A DNA stretch of 57,163 nt, counting the filler, from Candidatus Limnocylindrales bacterium (lineage in GTDB: Bacteria; Moduliflexota; Moduliflexia; Moduliflexales; JAUQPW01), in the NCBI GenBank assembly GCA_035559535.1. It is 6 parts of 6 records of this genome, joined end to end, with 100 filler letters (N's around TTAATTAATTAA, not from the genome) between each part and the next. Parts side by side here need not be neighbours in the genome. Positions count along the whole stretch, not along the records: positions 1 to 14,696 come from DATMBG010000019.1; 5 more parts are not named here. One strand, 5' to 3'. Under the pieces are notes generated by a model, which did not search any database, had not been told where the DNA came from, and was given only the letters and a program-made list of their open reading frames with translations. Below, piece after piece: positions 1-9,773 of the stretch. The position numbers and the translations under genes were made by a program. How positions within the stretch are numbered: the stretch's first letter is position 1; every line of letters starts with the position of its first letter.

Positions 1-1
1 G

Positions 2-967
2 GCGAATTTAAAAACCGCCAAAGCCAATGTGGAAAAGGCCCAGGTAGCCGTTAAAGACGCTGCCCAAAACTTACAGCGTCGTCTGGAGCTTTTCAAAGCA
101 GCTTTAATTTCAGCCAGTGATCGGGATACGGCCCAAACTGCCTACGATTCAGCGGTTGCTCAGTTGAAGGCAGCGGAGGCCCAGCGAGATGCCGTGGAAG
201 CACAACTTAAATCTGCTAAAGCCCAATATAACTCCGCCCTGGCCCGACGAGAAATGGCTTTGGCCGGGATTAAGCAGGCTGAAGCTGCCCTTGAACAGGC
301 TAAGGTCAACCTGGAACATACCACCATTCGTTCTCCCATAGATGGAATCGTCATTTCCAGAAGTGTCGATGTGGGTCAGACCGTGGCCGCCAGCCTGCAG
401 GCTCCCACTTTATTTACCATTGCCCAAGATCTGACCAGGATGCAGGTAAATGCCAGTATAGATGAAACCGATATTGGGAAAGTTCGAGTAGGCCAGGAAG
501 TTATTTTTACCGTCAGTGCTTATCCTGGGGAGAGTTTCAGTGGGAAAGTGACCCAGATTCGAAATCAGCCCATTACCACCCAGAATGTGGTAACCTATGA
601 TACGATTATTGAGGTAGACAATCCAGAATTAAAGTTGAAGCCTGGGATGACGGCTACGGTGAGTATTATTACGGCCAAGCGGGAGGGTGTAAAGAGAGTT
701 TTAAATGCCGCTCTTAACTTTAAGCCAGCCTCTATAGAGGCCAGACAACCCGTAGCCCTTCCGAAGGGTACCCGTAGGGTCTGGATATTGAGTAATGGAT
801 CGGATCCCCGTCCGGTTAGTGTGGAAGTCGGTCTCACCGATGGAACCTATACCGAAATTAAGGGGGATTCTCTTCAAGAGGGCCAGGAAGTCATCACAGG
901 CATTAAAGAAGCTAAGACAGATTCTCAACAAAGTAGCCGCCCCCCTGGTTTTGGGCGATTTTTCTAA
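2..967 (+). CDS. Efflux transporter periplasmic adaptor subunit (HlyD/MacA-like), 5'-truncated by the window edge
   Basis: The frame is open from base 2. It has a coiled-coil hairpin, the TIRSPIDGIVISRSVDVGQTVAASLQAPTLF lipoyl-like motif and the LKPGMTA beta-barrel motif. Confidence 0.9.
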   Translation, partial: ANLKTAKANVEKAQVAVKDAAQNLQRRLELFKAALISASDRDTAQTAYDSAVAQLKAAEAQRDAVEAQLKSAKAQYNSALARREMALAGIKQAEAALEQAKVNLEHTTIRSPIDGIVISRSVDVGQTVAASLQAPTLFTIAQDLTRMQVNASIDETDIGKVRVGQEVIFTVSAYPGESFSGKVTQIRNQPITTQNVVTYDTIIEVDNPELKLKPGMTATVSIITAKREGVKRVLNAALNFKPASIEARQPVALPKGTRRVWILSNGSDPRPVSVEVGLTDGTYTEIKGDSLQEGQEVITGIKEAKTDSQQSSRPPGFGRFF

Positions 968-1356
968 AGCAGACATTCATCTATGAACTAATAGCTAATA
1001 AACTCCCAGGGAATCACCCAGGTCAAGGGTCACCAATTGATGACCAATAACCAGTGGAGTTTTTTGAGGTTATATCCAGCTAAAAAGCCCCTCGCTTAGA
1101 TCCTCTCGAAGCGTTACATTATGAGTAAAGATAAACCGCAGAAGATAGGAGGGATGTAAGAGAGATTTAAAAATTTGGTGAGATAAGGGGATAGGCCTAG
1201 AGATAGATCCTATGTTGGGTTTTAGCATAACAATTACCGGCTATTAAGCTCCAAACAGCAAAATAGGATCTCCTTAAATAAGAGCAAGTCTATGATAGAC
1301 CGTTAATGGTAAACAGAGTACTGTTTACTATTTTTATCTATCTAAAGAGGTAAATT

Positions 1357-2301
1357 ATGTATAAATCTATTTTAGTACCACTCGATGGTTCCCTATTTGC
1401 GGAATATGCACTTCCGATAGCCAGAAGTGTCGCCTACCGGACAGGGGCGGCAATTCAATTGGTCCATGTGCACGTACCTGTAACAGCCCGGTATGCTAAA
1501 GGCCCTGTGGCTTACGATGAAACACTGGAGGCCAGATATAAAGAACGAGAACGAGCTTATCTTGATAAAGTAAGCAAACGGCTGGAGCCTGGTACGAACG
1601 TTCAAATCCTCTCGGTCTTGCTAGACGAATCCGGGTCGATTGCTGACACCCTAAACAATCATATAAAAACTACAGAGGTGGGTCTGGTGGTTATGGCTAC
1701 CCATGGGCACGGAGCATTAAGCCGTTTCTGGCTTGGAAGTGTTGCAGATAAACTCATACGATGGGTGGAAAAGCCTATCCTGCTGGTACGACCACCAGAA
1801 GAGGTAAAAACTGAGCCAGATCTTTCTCAAGAACGAATCTTCCGACATATACTTATTCCACTGGATGGTTCGGTATGGTCCGAACAAATACTGGAGCATG
1901 CGGTAAGGTTAGGTAAACTCATGCAAGCCGATTATACCTTAGTACGTATTATTGAACCTGTAATACCTGCCACCTACCCACGTACAGATTATACGATCTG
2001 GTTAGAACAACAGTTACTAAGCCAACAGCAAGCTGAAGCCCAAAAAGCTAAAGCACAAACCTACCTTGACAGTGTGGCTGAACGATTGCGATTACGTTCA
2101 TTTCAAGTTCAAACAAAGGTTATTTTCCATCGGCATCCGGCCACGGCCATCCTAGAGGAGGCTAATAAGGGTGGAATCGATCTGATTGCTATGGAAACCC
2201 ATGGTTATGGGGGTTTAAGGCGTTTGTTTATAGGTAGTGTAGCCGATAAGGTCCTACGTGGGACTTCTATACCGGTGCTGTTACACCGTCCGTATGAATA
2301 G
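1357..2301 (+). CDS. Tandem universal stress protein (two USP domains)
   Basis: Two ILVPLDGS...VMATHG...GSVADK repeats; AGAGG RBS before the ATG. Confidence 0.93.
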   Translation: MYKSILVPLDGSLFAEYALPIARSVAYRTGAAIQLVHVHVPVTARYAKGPVAYDETLEARYKERERAYLDKVSKRLEPGTNVQILSVLLDESGSIADTLNNHIKTTEVGLVVMATHGHGALSRFWLGSVADKLIRWVEKPILLVRPPEEVKTEPDLSQERIFRHILIPLDGSVWSEQILEHAVRLGKLMQADYTLVRIIEPVIPATYPRTDYTIWLEQQLLSQQQAEAQKAKAQTYLDSVAERLRLRSFQVQTKVIFHRHPATAILEEANKGGIDLIAMETHGYGGLRRLFIGSVADKVLRGTSIPVLLHRPYE

Positions 2302-2599
2302 TCCTTATAAAAGGAAGATGATCCATATTCATTCAGATACCGCTCATAAACAAATTATTTTAGCTGTTAGGGTCCAAACAAAGGCTTACCAAGCTTTCTA
2401 GAGATTTTATTCGCCCCTTCCTATAGGGATGCTACGCAGTGTAAGCTCAGACAGGAGGATATTTTCGATGTTACCAACAACCTGACCATTCAGCAAAGGG
2501 AAGAACCTTTCACCGGATTTGAGTAAGTTTAGAGGGGGATTTTGACTACCATTCAAAGCTTGGATAAGCTGCTATCTGAAATAGCCGATCAACAGTCAT

Positions 2600-5371
2600 A
2601 TGGAAATCTTTCGCTTAACTGTACCTGAAGCTTTCAAGCAGCTCAAAAGTCAACCTGGAGGTCTGAGTTTTCAAGAAGCCAGACAGCGGTTAAAGGACTT
2701 CGGATTTAATGCCTTACATGAAGAAAAAGGCCTCTCCCCTCTCTGGCTCTTGGGAAAACAGTTTACCCATTTTTTTGCCCTCTTACTGGGAGTCGGTGCA
2801 GGTCTTGCCTTTATGGGGGAGGTAATTCGGCCAGGAGAGGGGATGGGGACCCTGGGTTGGGCAATTTTAGGGGTTATTGTTATCAATGCCGTATTTGCCT
2901 TTTGGGAAGAATATCGTGCTGAAAAGGCTATTCAAGCTTTGAAAAAGCTCTTACCCAACCAGGTACGGGTACGACGCGGGGGTGAGGTTATCTCAATTGA
3001 TGCGATCCAGGTGGTACCCGGCGACATCATGCTTTTGGAAGAAGGGGATAAGATTCCAGCCGATGGTAGAGTGCTGATTTCAAACCTGTTAACCGTCAAT
3101 AATGCTGCCTTAACGGGTGAGTCCTTACCCTTATCTCGAGAGGTAGAGGACCCGGAAGCAACGGATCCACTGAGGGCAAAAAACATGGTCTTCGCGGGGA
3201 CATATGTAGTATCTGGAAATGGAGAGGCACTCGTTACCGCAACGGGGGTCAATACCGAGTTTGGAAAGATAGCCAAGTTGACCGTATGCATTAAGCAAGA
3301 CTTGAGCCCTTTTCAGAAGGAGATCTCCAAAGTCTCCCAATGGATTGCAGTCTTGGCAGTCACGATGGGAGTTCTCTTCTTCTGGATTGGCATGGCTATG
3401 GGACGGGATATATTTTCTACCGTGCTTTTTGCTCTTGGAATTATTGTGGCTAACATTCCCGAAGGACTTTTGCCCACGGTAACTTTGGCCCTATCGATGG
3501 CTAGCTTTCGGCTGGCAAAACAAAATGCTCTTGTTAAAGACCTCAACTCTGTAGAGACCTTGGCCTCCACGACGGTGATCTGTACCGATAAAACCGGTAC
3601 GTTGACCCAAAACCGTATGACGGTGCAAAAGGTTTTCTGTAATAACCGGGCTCTGAAATTGACCGATGAAGGGGTGGAAGAATTGAGAGATCACAGCTCA
3701 GAGCAAACCCGCGAAGCCTTAACCCGGCTCCTTGAGGCTGCAGTCTTAAATGTGAGAGTTACCCTCAAAGGGGAAGAGGTACTGGGGGATCCTACCGAGA
3801 CTGCTTTACTCCAGGCCTTTTTACGATGGGGTAATAGGAATCAAGAGAGTTTGACCCCCCGAGAGAAAATCGGGGAGTTACCTTTTAGTGGGGAACGCAA
3901 ACAGATGTCGACCTTGTATCGGGAAGCCGGAGAGATCATCCTTTACACAAAAGGAGCCCCGGAGGTAATTTTAGAGCATTCCACTCAAATCTGGTCCGAT
4001 GGCATCATACGCCCCCTGGAGGACACGGACCGAAAGAAGATTCAAGAAGCGATCCAGGCCTTTGCCCAAGAAGCTCTACGGGTTTTGGGTATTGCTTATC
4101 GCAGGCTTGCTACTCTCGCAAGCTATCGTAAGGATAACCCTGGAAGTTCATTCCTGACCCATAAAGTTATTCCTGCAAATGACCTGGAACGGGATCTCGT
4201 CTTTCTGGGGTTGGTTGGCCTGGCAGACCCTCCAAGGGAAGGAGTTATCGAGGCCGTTAACCAATGTCATCGTGCAGGTATTCGAGTTATCATGGTTACG
4301 GGAGATAATCCGGCCACTGGTATGGCAATTGGACGTCAGATTGGTTTAGAAAAACCCGATAAGCCATTAATTCCGATTCACAGTGAAGATATGGCGCAAA
4401 TGAGTGATGAATCTTTAAAGGAGATATTACGGACCCAGAATCCCCTCTTCGCACGACTGACGTCGAGGGACAAACTACGCATTGTTTCCCTTTTAAAAGA
4501 ACTGGGGGAAGTAGTGGCAGTAACCGGGGATGGCGTCAATGACGCCCCTGCCTTGAAAAGAGCCGATATTGGCATTGCCATGGGTCTCAGCGGCACGCAA
4601 GTGGCTAAGGAAGCAGCAAATATGGTATTAGTGGATGATCATTTCCAAACCATCGTGAAAGCTATTGAGGAGGGGCGTACGGTCTATTTTAATATCAAAA
4701 AATTTATGACCTACATCCTTGCTAGCAACGTTCCTGAGATCCTTCCCTATCTCGCTTTTTTCCTTTTTCGAATCCCCTTGGGTTTGACGATTATTCAAAT
4801 CCTCTCCATTGACCTTGGAACCGATATGCTACCAGCTCTTGCGCTGGGGGCCGAAAGGAAAGAGCCATATGTTATGCTAAGGCCTCCCATCGGACCTCAA
4901 GAACGCCTTCTAGATCGACAGGTAGTCTGCAGAGGATTCCTCTTTCTAGGGCTCATCGAAGGAATCGGCGCGCTGGTTGTATTCCTTAGTTACCTCAGCC
5001 TTCATGGCTGGCAGTATGGTCAGGAACTGGCCTTCAACGATCCCCTCTATCAACAGGCAACTACTATGACCCTTCTATCTGTCATCACGACCCAGGTAGC
5101 TAATGGGTTAACTTTGCGCTCCTGGCAAGCTTCACCCTGGCAACTGGGCTTTTGGAGCAATCATTTACTCCTCTGGGGAATCGGTCTGGAGCTGGTCCTC
5201 GGAATTTTATTTATGTACTTTCCCCCCTTACAACGGATATTAGGTACCGCGCCCATCGACCTAAAATACGGATGGCTGCTATTACCATTCCCCTTTCTCC
5301 TGTTTGTTCTTCATGAGGGATTAAAAGGGTTGATCAGAAAAAATAAAGATTTTTATTTTAAGCCTGTCTAA
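2600..5371 (+). CDS. Cation-transporting P-type ATPase (P2, Na+/K+-like signatures)
   Basis: TGES, DKTGTLT phosphorylation site, KGAPE, GDGVND, TM4 VANIPEGL and TM6 IDLGTDM. Confidence 0.93.
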   Translation: MEIFRLTVPEAFKQLKSQPGGLSFQEARQRLKDFGFNALHEEKGLSPLWLLGKQFTHFFALLLGVGAGLAFMGEVIRPGEGMGTLGWAILGVIVINAVFAFWEEYRAEKAIQALKKLLPNQVRVRRGGEVISIDAIQVVPGDIMLLEEGDKIPADGRVLISNLLTVNNAALTGESLPLSREVEDPEATDPLRAKNMVFAGTYVVSGNGEALVTATGVNTEFGKIAKLTVCIKQDLSPFQKEISKVSQWIAVLAVTMGVLFFWIGMAMGRDIFSTVLFALGIIVANIPEGLLPTVTLALSMASFRLAKQNALVKDLNSVETLASTTVICTDKTGTLTQNRMTVQKVFCNNRALKLTDEGVEELRDHSSEQTREALTRLLEAAVLNVRVTLKGEEVLGDPTETALLQAFLRWGNRNQESLTPREKIGELPFSGERKQMSTLYREAGEIILYTKGAPEVILEHSTQIWSDGIIRPLEDTDRKKIQEAIQAFAQEALRVLGIAYRRLATLASYRKDNPGSSFLTHKVIPANDLERDLVFLGLVGLADPPREGVIEAVNQCHRAGIRVIMVTGDNPATGMAIGRQIGLEKPDKPLIPIHSEDMAQMSDESLKEILRTQNPLFARLTSRDKLRIVSLLKELGEVVAVTGDGVNDAPALKRADIGIAMGLSGTQVAKEAANMVLVDDHFQTIVKAIEEGRTVYFNIKKFMTYILASNVPEILPYLAFFLFRIPLGLTIIQILSIDLGTDMLPALALGAERKEPYVMLRPPIGPQERLLDRQVVCRGFLFLGLIEGIGALVVFLSYLSLHGWQYGQELAFNDPLYQQATTMTLLSVITTQVANGLTLRSWQASPWQLGFWSNHLLLWGIGLELVLGILFMYFPPLQRILGTAPIDLKYGWLLLPFPFLLFVLHEGLKGLIRKNKDFYFKPV

Positions 5372-5635
5372 AGCAAGGGTATAAGTTAAGTATCCAGCAT
5401 GATATTCTTCACATAGAAGGCAAGAGAAGAAAAGTCGCCTGTTGTTCACAGTTGGTTTTCGTCTTAATTTCTGACACCGCTTAAGATACCAAAATAATTA
5501 AGCTTTAATGGTATTGAAGAATTTTAAGACACAAAGGAAAGCTATCTTTTTTAATAAACCCTTATCGAGGTTGATAATTAATAAATCATTCATTATTAAG
5601 CGGCTTTGTCTATATAAATCCTCCCCTTAGTCTTT

Positions 5636-5651
5636 TGGCAAAAAGTTTGCT
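5636..5651 (+). promoter_or_regulatory. sigma54 (-24/-12) promoter
   Basis: TGGCAAAAAGTTTGCT fits GG-N10-GC with TGGCA/TTGC consensus, about 130 nt upstream of ORF 5784. Confidence 0.65.
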
Positions 5652-5783
5652 TACTTTAAGTGTAAAGTACAAAAGTAAGGTTAGTTGATCAGGCTTTCAG
5701 ATTAAGCAAACAGAGAAAGTAGGGCTTGTTTTAAGTTGCTCAGGCGTTCAAAAAAACGAGCCGTACTTTAAAGGGAACAAAAA

Positions 5784-6044
5784 ATGATAGCCGCACTTAA
5801 AAAACAAGGACCGTTTTCTCTCAAGAAGGAATACACGCTAGAGGAGCTTATTTCTATTTTCAGTGAAGAAGTATCCAAAGCTTATAAAAATTCGGAGTAT
5901 GCAAGTGTTTTAGCTATGGATGCCTTGATTGACTTTGTTAATATGTACAGTGATAATGTTATCATTGATGGGATTAGCTATCCCATTCTGACCAATGAAG
6001 GGGTGTTTTCGAATAGACGAGAGGAGAGTTCCAGAAATGATTAA
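5784..6044 (+). CDS. Hypothetical 86-aa protein
   Basis: ATG preceded by AAAGGGAA; follows the sigma54 site and overlaps the start of the Lon-like gene. No motif recognised. Confidence 0.55.
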   Translation: MIAALKKQGPFSLKKEYTLEELISIFSEEVSKAYKNSEYASVLAMDALIDFVNMYSDNVIIDGISYPILTNEGVFSNRREESSRND

Positions 6045-8457
6045 GCCTTTGAGTCCAAAGGACCTATATCGAAGTTGTGATCCGAATCAGTTCACATTTG
6101 AGACTACGGCGGATCTGGAAGATCTGACAGAAATTATTGGACAGGCCCGGGCTGTAGAAGCGATACATTTTGGTACAGATATTCAGCAGGAAGGTTATAA
6201 TCTCTTTGTCATAGGCTCTCCTGAAACTGCCAAGCAAGCGGTCATACGACAGTTTCTCAAAAGAAAGGCCGTTACCGAACCAACTCCTCCAGACTGGTGT
6301 TACGTCAATAACTTTTCCCAGCCCCATAAGCCCCATGCTTTGAGGCTCCCACCAGGTCAAGGAATTATTCTACGACGCGATGTGGAGCAGTTGATAGAGG
6401 AACTGCGCACTACCATCCCGGCTGTATTTGAAAGTGAGAACTACCGGACCCGAAGGCAAGTGATTGAAGAGGAATTCAAAGAGCGGCAAGATAAAGCCTT
6501 CAAGGAACTTGAGCAACAGGCTAAAGAACGCGGTATCGCACTGCTACAGACTCCTTTGGGATTGGCCTTTGCTCCTATGCGAAGAGATCGGGTCCTTAAT
6601 CCGGAGGAATTTCAAAGGCTTCCGGAGTCAGAGCGGAAGCGCATAGAATCCGAGGTAGCTGCACTTCAAGAGAAACTTCAAGACATTATTCGCAAAATTC
6701 CACAGTGGGAAAGAGAGATCCGGGAGAAGATAAAGGCCCTCAATCATGAGGTGGTGATGTTTGCAGTTGGTCATTTGATAGACGAGTTGAGAAAGAAATA
6801 CACGACCTTACCAGAAGTAGTAAGCTATCTTAATGCCCTGCAACAGGATATAAGCAATAATGCGGAGGACTTCCTCCGCCGACCCGAAGAGATGCCTGCT
6901 TTTATAAATATCCCGGAATCACGGTTCCTGACCAGTACGTCCGCATTTCGTCGTTATCAGGTGAACGTGATAGTAGATCATAGCACGACCCAAGGGGCAC
7001 CGGTAGTCTATGAAGATTATCCCACTTATCAGAACCTGATTGGTCGTATTGAACACATCTCCCAGTTGGGAACCCTGGTAACCGACTTTAATTTGATTAA
7101 GCCTGGAGCGTTACACCGAGCAAACGGAGGATATTTAATGCTCGATGCCCATAAGGTGCTCACACAACCCTTTGCCTGGGAAGGGCTCAAGCGGGTCTTG
7201 CGAGCCCGTAAAATCCATATGGCATCTCTGGGGCAGATGCTCGATTTAGTCAGTACCGTATCCCTGGAACCTGAACCCATTCCGCTGAATGTTAAAGTAG
7301 TCTTGCTCGGCGATCAATTACTTTACTACCTGCTCTGTCAATTTGATCCTGAGTTCAACGAGTTGTTCAAAGTGGTAGTGGATTTTGAGGAACGGATGGA
7401 TCGCACCTTGGAGAACAATCTTCTCTATGCCCGGCTGATTGGTACCTTAACCCGTAAAGAGGGTTTACGGCCCCTTGAACGGAGTGCAGTAGCCCGTGTT
7501 ATTGAGCACAGCGCCCGTATCGTGGGTGATGCAGAGAAGCTCTCTACCCATATACGAAGAATCACCGACTTACTGCGTGAGGCTAATTATTGGGCCGGCG
7601 CGGCAGGTCATAAAATTGTAAATGCCTTTGATGTACAACGAGCTATTGATGCTCAGATTCGCCGGGTTGATCGGATACGGGAGCGGATCCAAGAGGAAAT
7701 TCAGCGGGGAACCATTTTAATAGATACCGATGGGGAGAAGATTGGTCAGATCAATGGTCTTTCAGTTATTGACCTTGGTCAGGTTGCCTTCGGTCGTCCC
7801 AGTCGAATTACAGCTCGTGTGCGGTTGGGTAAAGGAGAGGTCATAGACATCGAACGAGAGGTGGAGTTGGGAGGTCCCATTCATTCTAAAGGAGTCCTTA
7901 TTCTTTCTAGCTTTCTTTCTACACGGTACGCGATAGATAAACCTCTTTCGCTCTTTGCCAGTCTGGTTTTTGAGCAGTCCTACAATGGAGTAGAGGGGGA
8001 TAGTGCTTCGTCGGCTGAGTTGTATGCTTTACTTTCAGCCCTTGCAGAGGTACCTATCCGACAATCCCTGGCCGTAACAGGTTCGGTGAATCAGCACGGT
8101 CAAGTACAGGCCATTGGGGGGGTCAACGAAAAGATCGAGGGTTTTTTTGACATATGCAAGGCCAGAGGTTTAACGGGTAAACAAGGCGTGTTGATTCCGG
8201 CTTCCAATGTAAAACACTTGATGTTACGTCAGGATGTTGTTGAGGCCGCAGCGGCCGGGAAGTTTCATATATATCCTGTAGAAACGGTTGATGAGGGAAT
8301 TGAGATTCTAACCGGAATACCGGCTGGTGAACGGGATGAAACGGGAAATTTCCCCCAAGGAAGTATTAACCAGCGGGTGGAAGCACGGCTTATTGCCTTG
8401 GCTGAGAAACGGATGGCCCTTGCTGCATCTGCAAAGGGAGAGAATGCTCATGAATAA
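6037..8457 (+). CDS. Lon-like protease (LonC/AAA_32 type, peptidase S16 C-terminal domain)
   Basis: IIGQARA N-terminus, GALHRANGGYL, Ser-Lys dyad GDSASS...GGVNEKIEG. ATG at 6037 follows a GAGGAG RBS. Confidence 0.9.
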   Translation: MIKPLSPKDLYRSCDPNQFTFETTADLEDLTEIIGQARAVEAIHFGTDIQQEGYNLFVIGSPETAKQAVIRQFLKRKAVTEPTPPDWCYVNNFSQPHKPHALRLPPGQGIILRRDVEQLIEELRTTIPAVFESENYRTRRQVIEEEFKERQDKAFKELEQQAKERGIALLQTPLGLAFAPMRRDRVLNPEEFQRLPESERKRIESEVAALQEKLQDIIRKIPQWEREIREKIKALNHEVVMFAVGHLIDELRKKYTTLPEVVSYLNALQQDISNNAEDFLRRPEEMPAFINIPESRFLTSTSAFRRYQVNVIVDHSTTQGAPVVYEDYPTYQNLIGRIEHISQLGTLVTDFNLIKPGALHRANGGYLMLDAHKVLTQPFAWEGLKRVLRARKIHMASLGQMLDLVSTVSLEPEPIPLNVKVVLLGDQLLYYLLCQFDPEFNELFKVVVDFEERMDRTLENNLLYARLIGTLTRKEGLRPLERSAVARVIEHSARIVGDAEKLSTHIRRITDLLREANYWAGAAGHKIVNAFDVQRAIDAQIRRVDRIRERIQEEIQRGTILIDTDGEKIGQINGLSVIDLGQVAFGRPSRITARVRLGKGEVIDIEREVELGGPIHSKGVLILSSFLSTRYAIDKPLSLFASLVFEQSYNGVEGDSASSAELYALLSALAEVPIRQSLAVTGSVNQHGQVQAIGGVNEKIEGFFDICKARGLTGKQGVLIPASNVKHLMLRQDVVEAAAAGKFHIYPVETVDEGIEILTGIPAGERDETGNFPQGSINQRVEARLIALAEKRMALAASAKGENAHE

Positions 8458-9301
8458 ACAAGAATCTAAAACCGCTATTCGACGTATTTTGGTGGCTGTG
8501 GATGCCTCATCCCATAGTTTAGCAGCACTGGAAGCAGCTGCTGAATTAGCTGCCAGAATGGAGGCAGAATTATTGGGACTCTTCGTCGAAGATATCAATT
8601 TACTCCAACTTGCTGAATTACCCTTTGTCCAAGGGGTCAGTTATCCTTCTACGGTGGGTCAACAACTGGATAAATCCAAGATGGAGCGGGCGTTAAAGGT
8701 AAAGGCTGAGCAAGCCCGTCGGGCTCTGGCGACAATAGCCGAGCAGCTACATGTTCGATGGTCGTTTCGTACTGTACGTGGTTACATTACCTCAGAGGTA
8801 TTGGAAGCCGCATTGGAAGCAGACCTGCTTACCTTAGGGAAGTCGAGTCGACAGGTAGCCCGACGTGTAGAATTAGGTTCCACAGCACGGGAGGCTATAG
8901 CAAGGGCCCCTCGCCCTGTACTGCTAGTCCAACACGGTATCAGTATTAAGCAACCAGTATTGGTCGTTTACGATGGTTCAGAGTTTGCCAAACAAGCTTT
9001 AGCTATAGGCGCAGATATGGCCCAAGCCTATGGGGACGGACTGGTTGTACTTATCCTGGCTGAGACATCCGACGTAGCTCAACGATTAGAAAACGAAGTT
9101 ACAGCGTGGCTACAAGGGCGGAAACTACAAGTAGACTATCGGTGGTTAGATAAGCTGGATGCGCAAAGCCTGATACAAACTATCCAGACGGAAAGGGGGG
9201 GAATCTTGATACTGAGCAGTAAGAGTCCCGATCTATCCCTAGAAACCATCCAAGAGATTCTGGAAAAGATAAATTGTCCGGTGTTGTTAGTTCGACCCTA
9301 A
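8450..9301 (+). CDS. Universal stress protein
   Basis: RRILVAVDAS, LGSTA and VLVVYDGS USP motifs; ATG 8450 overlaps the upstream gene end. Confidence 0.88.
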   Translation: MNKQESKTAIRRILVAVDASSHSLAALEAAAELAARMEAELLGLFVEDINLLQLAELPFVQGVSYPSTVGQQLDKSKMERALKVKAEQARRALATIAEQLHVRWSFRTVRGYITSEVLEAALEADLLTLGKSSRQVARRVELGSTAREAIARAPRPVLLVQHGISIKQPVLVVYDGSEFAKQALAIGADMAQAYGDGLVVLILAETSDVAQRLENEVTAWLQGRKLQVDYRWLDKLDAQSLIQTIQTERGGILILSSKSPDLSLETIQEILEKINCPVLLVRP

Positions 9302-9380
9302 AGGCTAATTTTTCCAGGGCAGATTGTCAAAGACGTAGACCAATACCTATGAATCCATTCTCATCTGCCCTTGTTTATGG

Positions 9381-9560
9381 CTATAACGCTATATCTTTCA
9401 GGTTGTTTAATTCTTTATTATTGTTTTTTACTGGCTCGGGTCGAGACTCGACCTGACATGAGTTTGCCATTCAAGTCGATATGCCGAGGTACGGTAATAG
9501 CCAACGCATTAAAACAACATAGGCTACAATAAACAGCATTGATCCCAGCCATTCAGTCAT
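9381..9560 (-). CDS. Candidate small membrane selenoprotein, 59 aa: MTEWLGSMLFIVAYVVLMRWLLPYLGIST-U-MANSCQVESRPEPVKNNNKELNNLKDIAL (29 aa if UGA terminates)
   Basis: AAGGAGG RBS, ATG 9560, one hydrophobic helix, in-frame TGA at 9473-9471 and 29 more sense codons to TAG 9383-9381. A SECIS-like hairpin lies directly 3' of the TGA. Confidence 0.65.
9432..9470 (-). promoter_or_regulatory. Bacterial SECIS-like hairpin
   Basis: The mRNA 3' of UGA reads AUGGCAAACUCAUGUCAGGUCGAGUCUCGACCCGAGCCA. Upper stem GGUCGA/UCGACC with loop GUC (G at +24), lower pairings CUC/GAG and UGG/CCA. Confidence 0.6.
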
Positions 9561-9676
9561 GTTCAATATCCTCCTTAACCCCTATAGAGCTTTTCGTTTG
9601 TTCTAATAGCAATACGCTTTCTTTCGGATGCCGAGGTAATCAATGACATCTTGGTCGCATCTATCTTAGTATATTT

Positions 9677-9705
9677 ATTATACTCTCCTGTTTTGGTTTA
9701 TTCAA
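9677..9705 (-). promoter_or_regulatory. sigma70-type promoter for the 9560 small ORF
   Basis: Minus strand TTGAAT-N17-TATAAT. Confidence 0.7.
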
Positions 9706-9745
9706 GCTTAGCTAAAGCAGATTTATTTACAACAAGCTTTTATGA

Positions 9746-9773
9746 GTACGGGCGTAAGGCATTACGCCCCTAC
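9746..9773. repeat. GTAG-type REP-like palindrome overlapping the RND gene stop codon
   Basis: Minus strand GTAGGGGCGTAATGCCTTACGCCCGTAC, a self-complementary hairpin. Confidence 0.65.

Noticed and set aside
9553-9660. Upstream minus-strand frame MRPRCH-TGA-LPRHPK..., a possible second Sec-containing leader
   Set aside because: No RBS and no SECIS-like hairpin at a suitable distance; likely chance.
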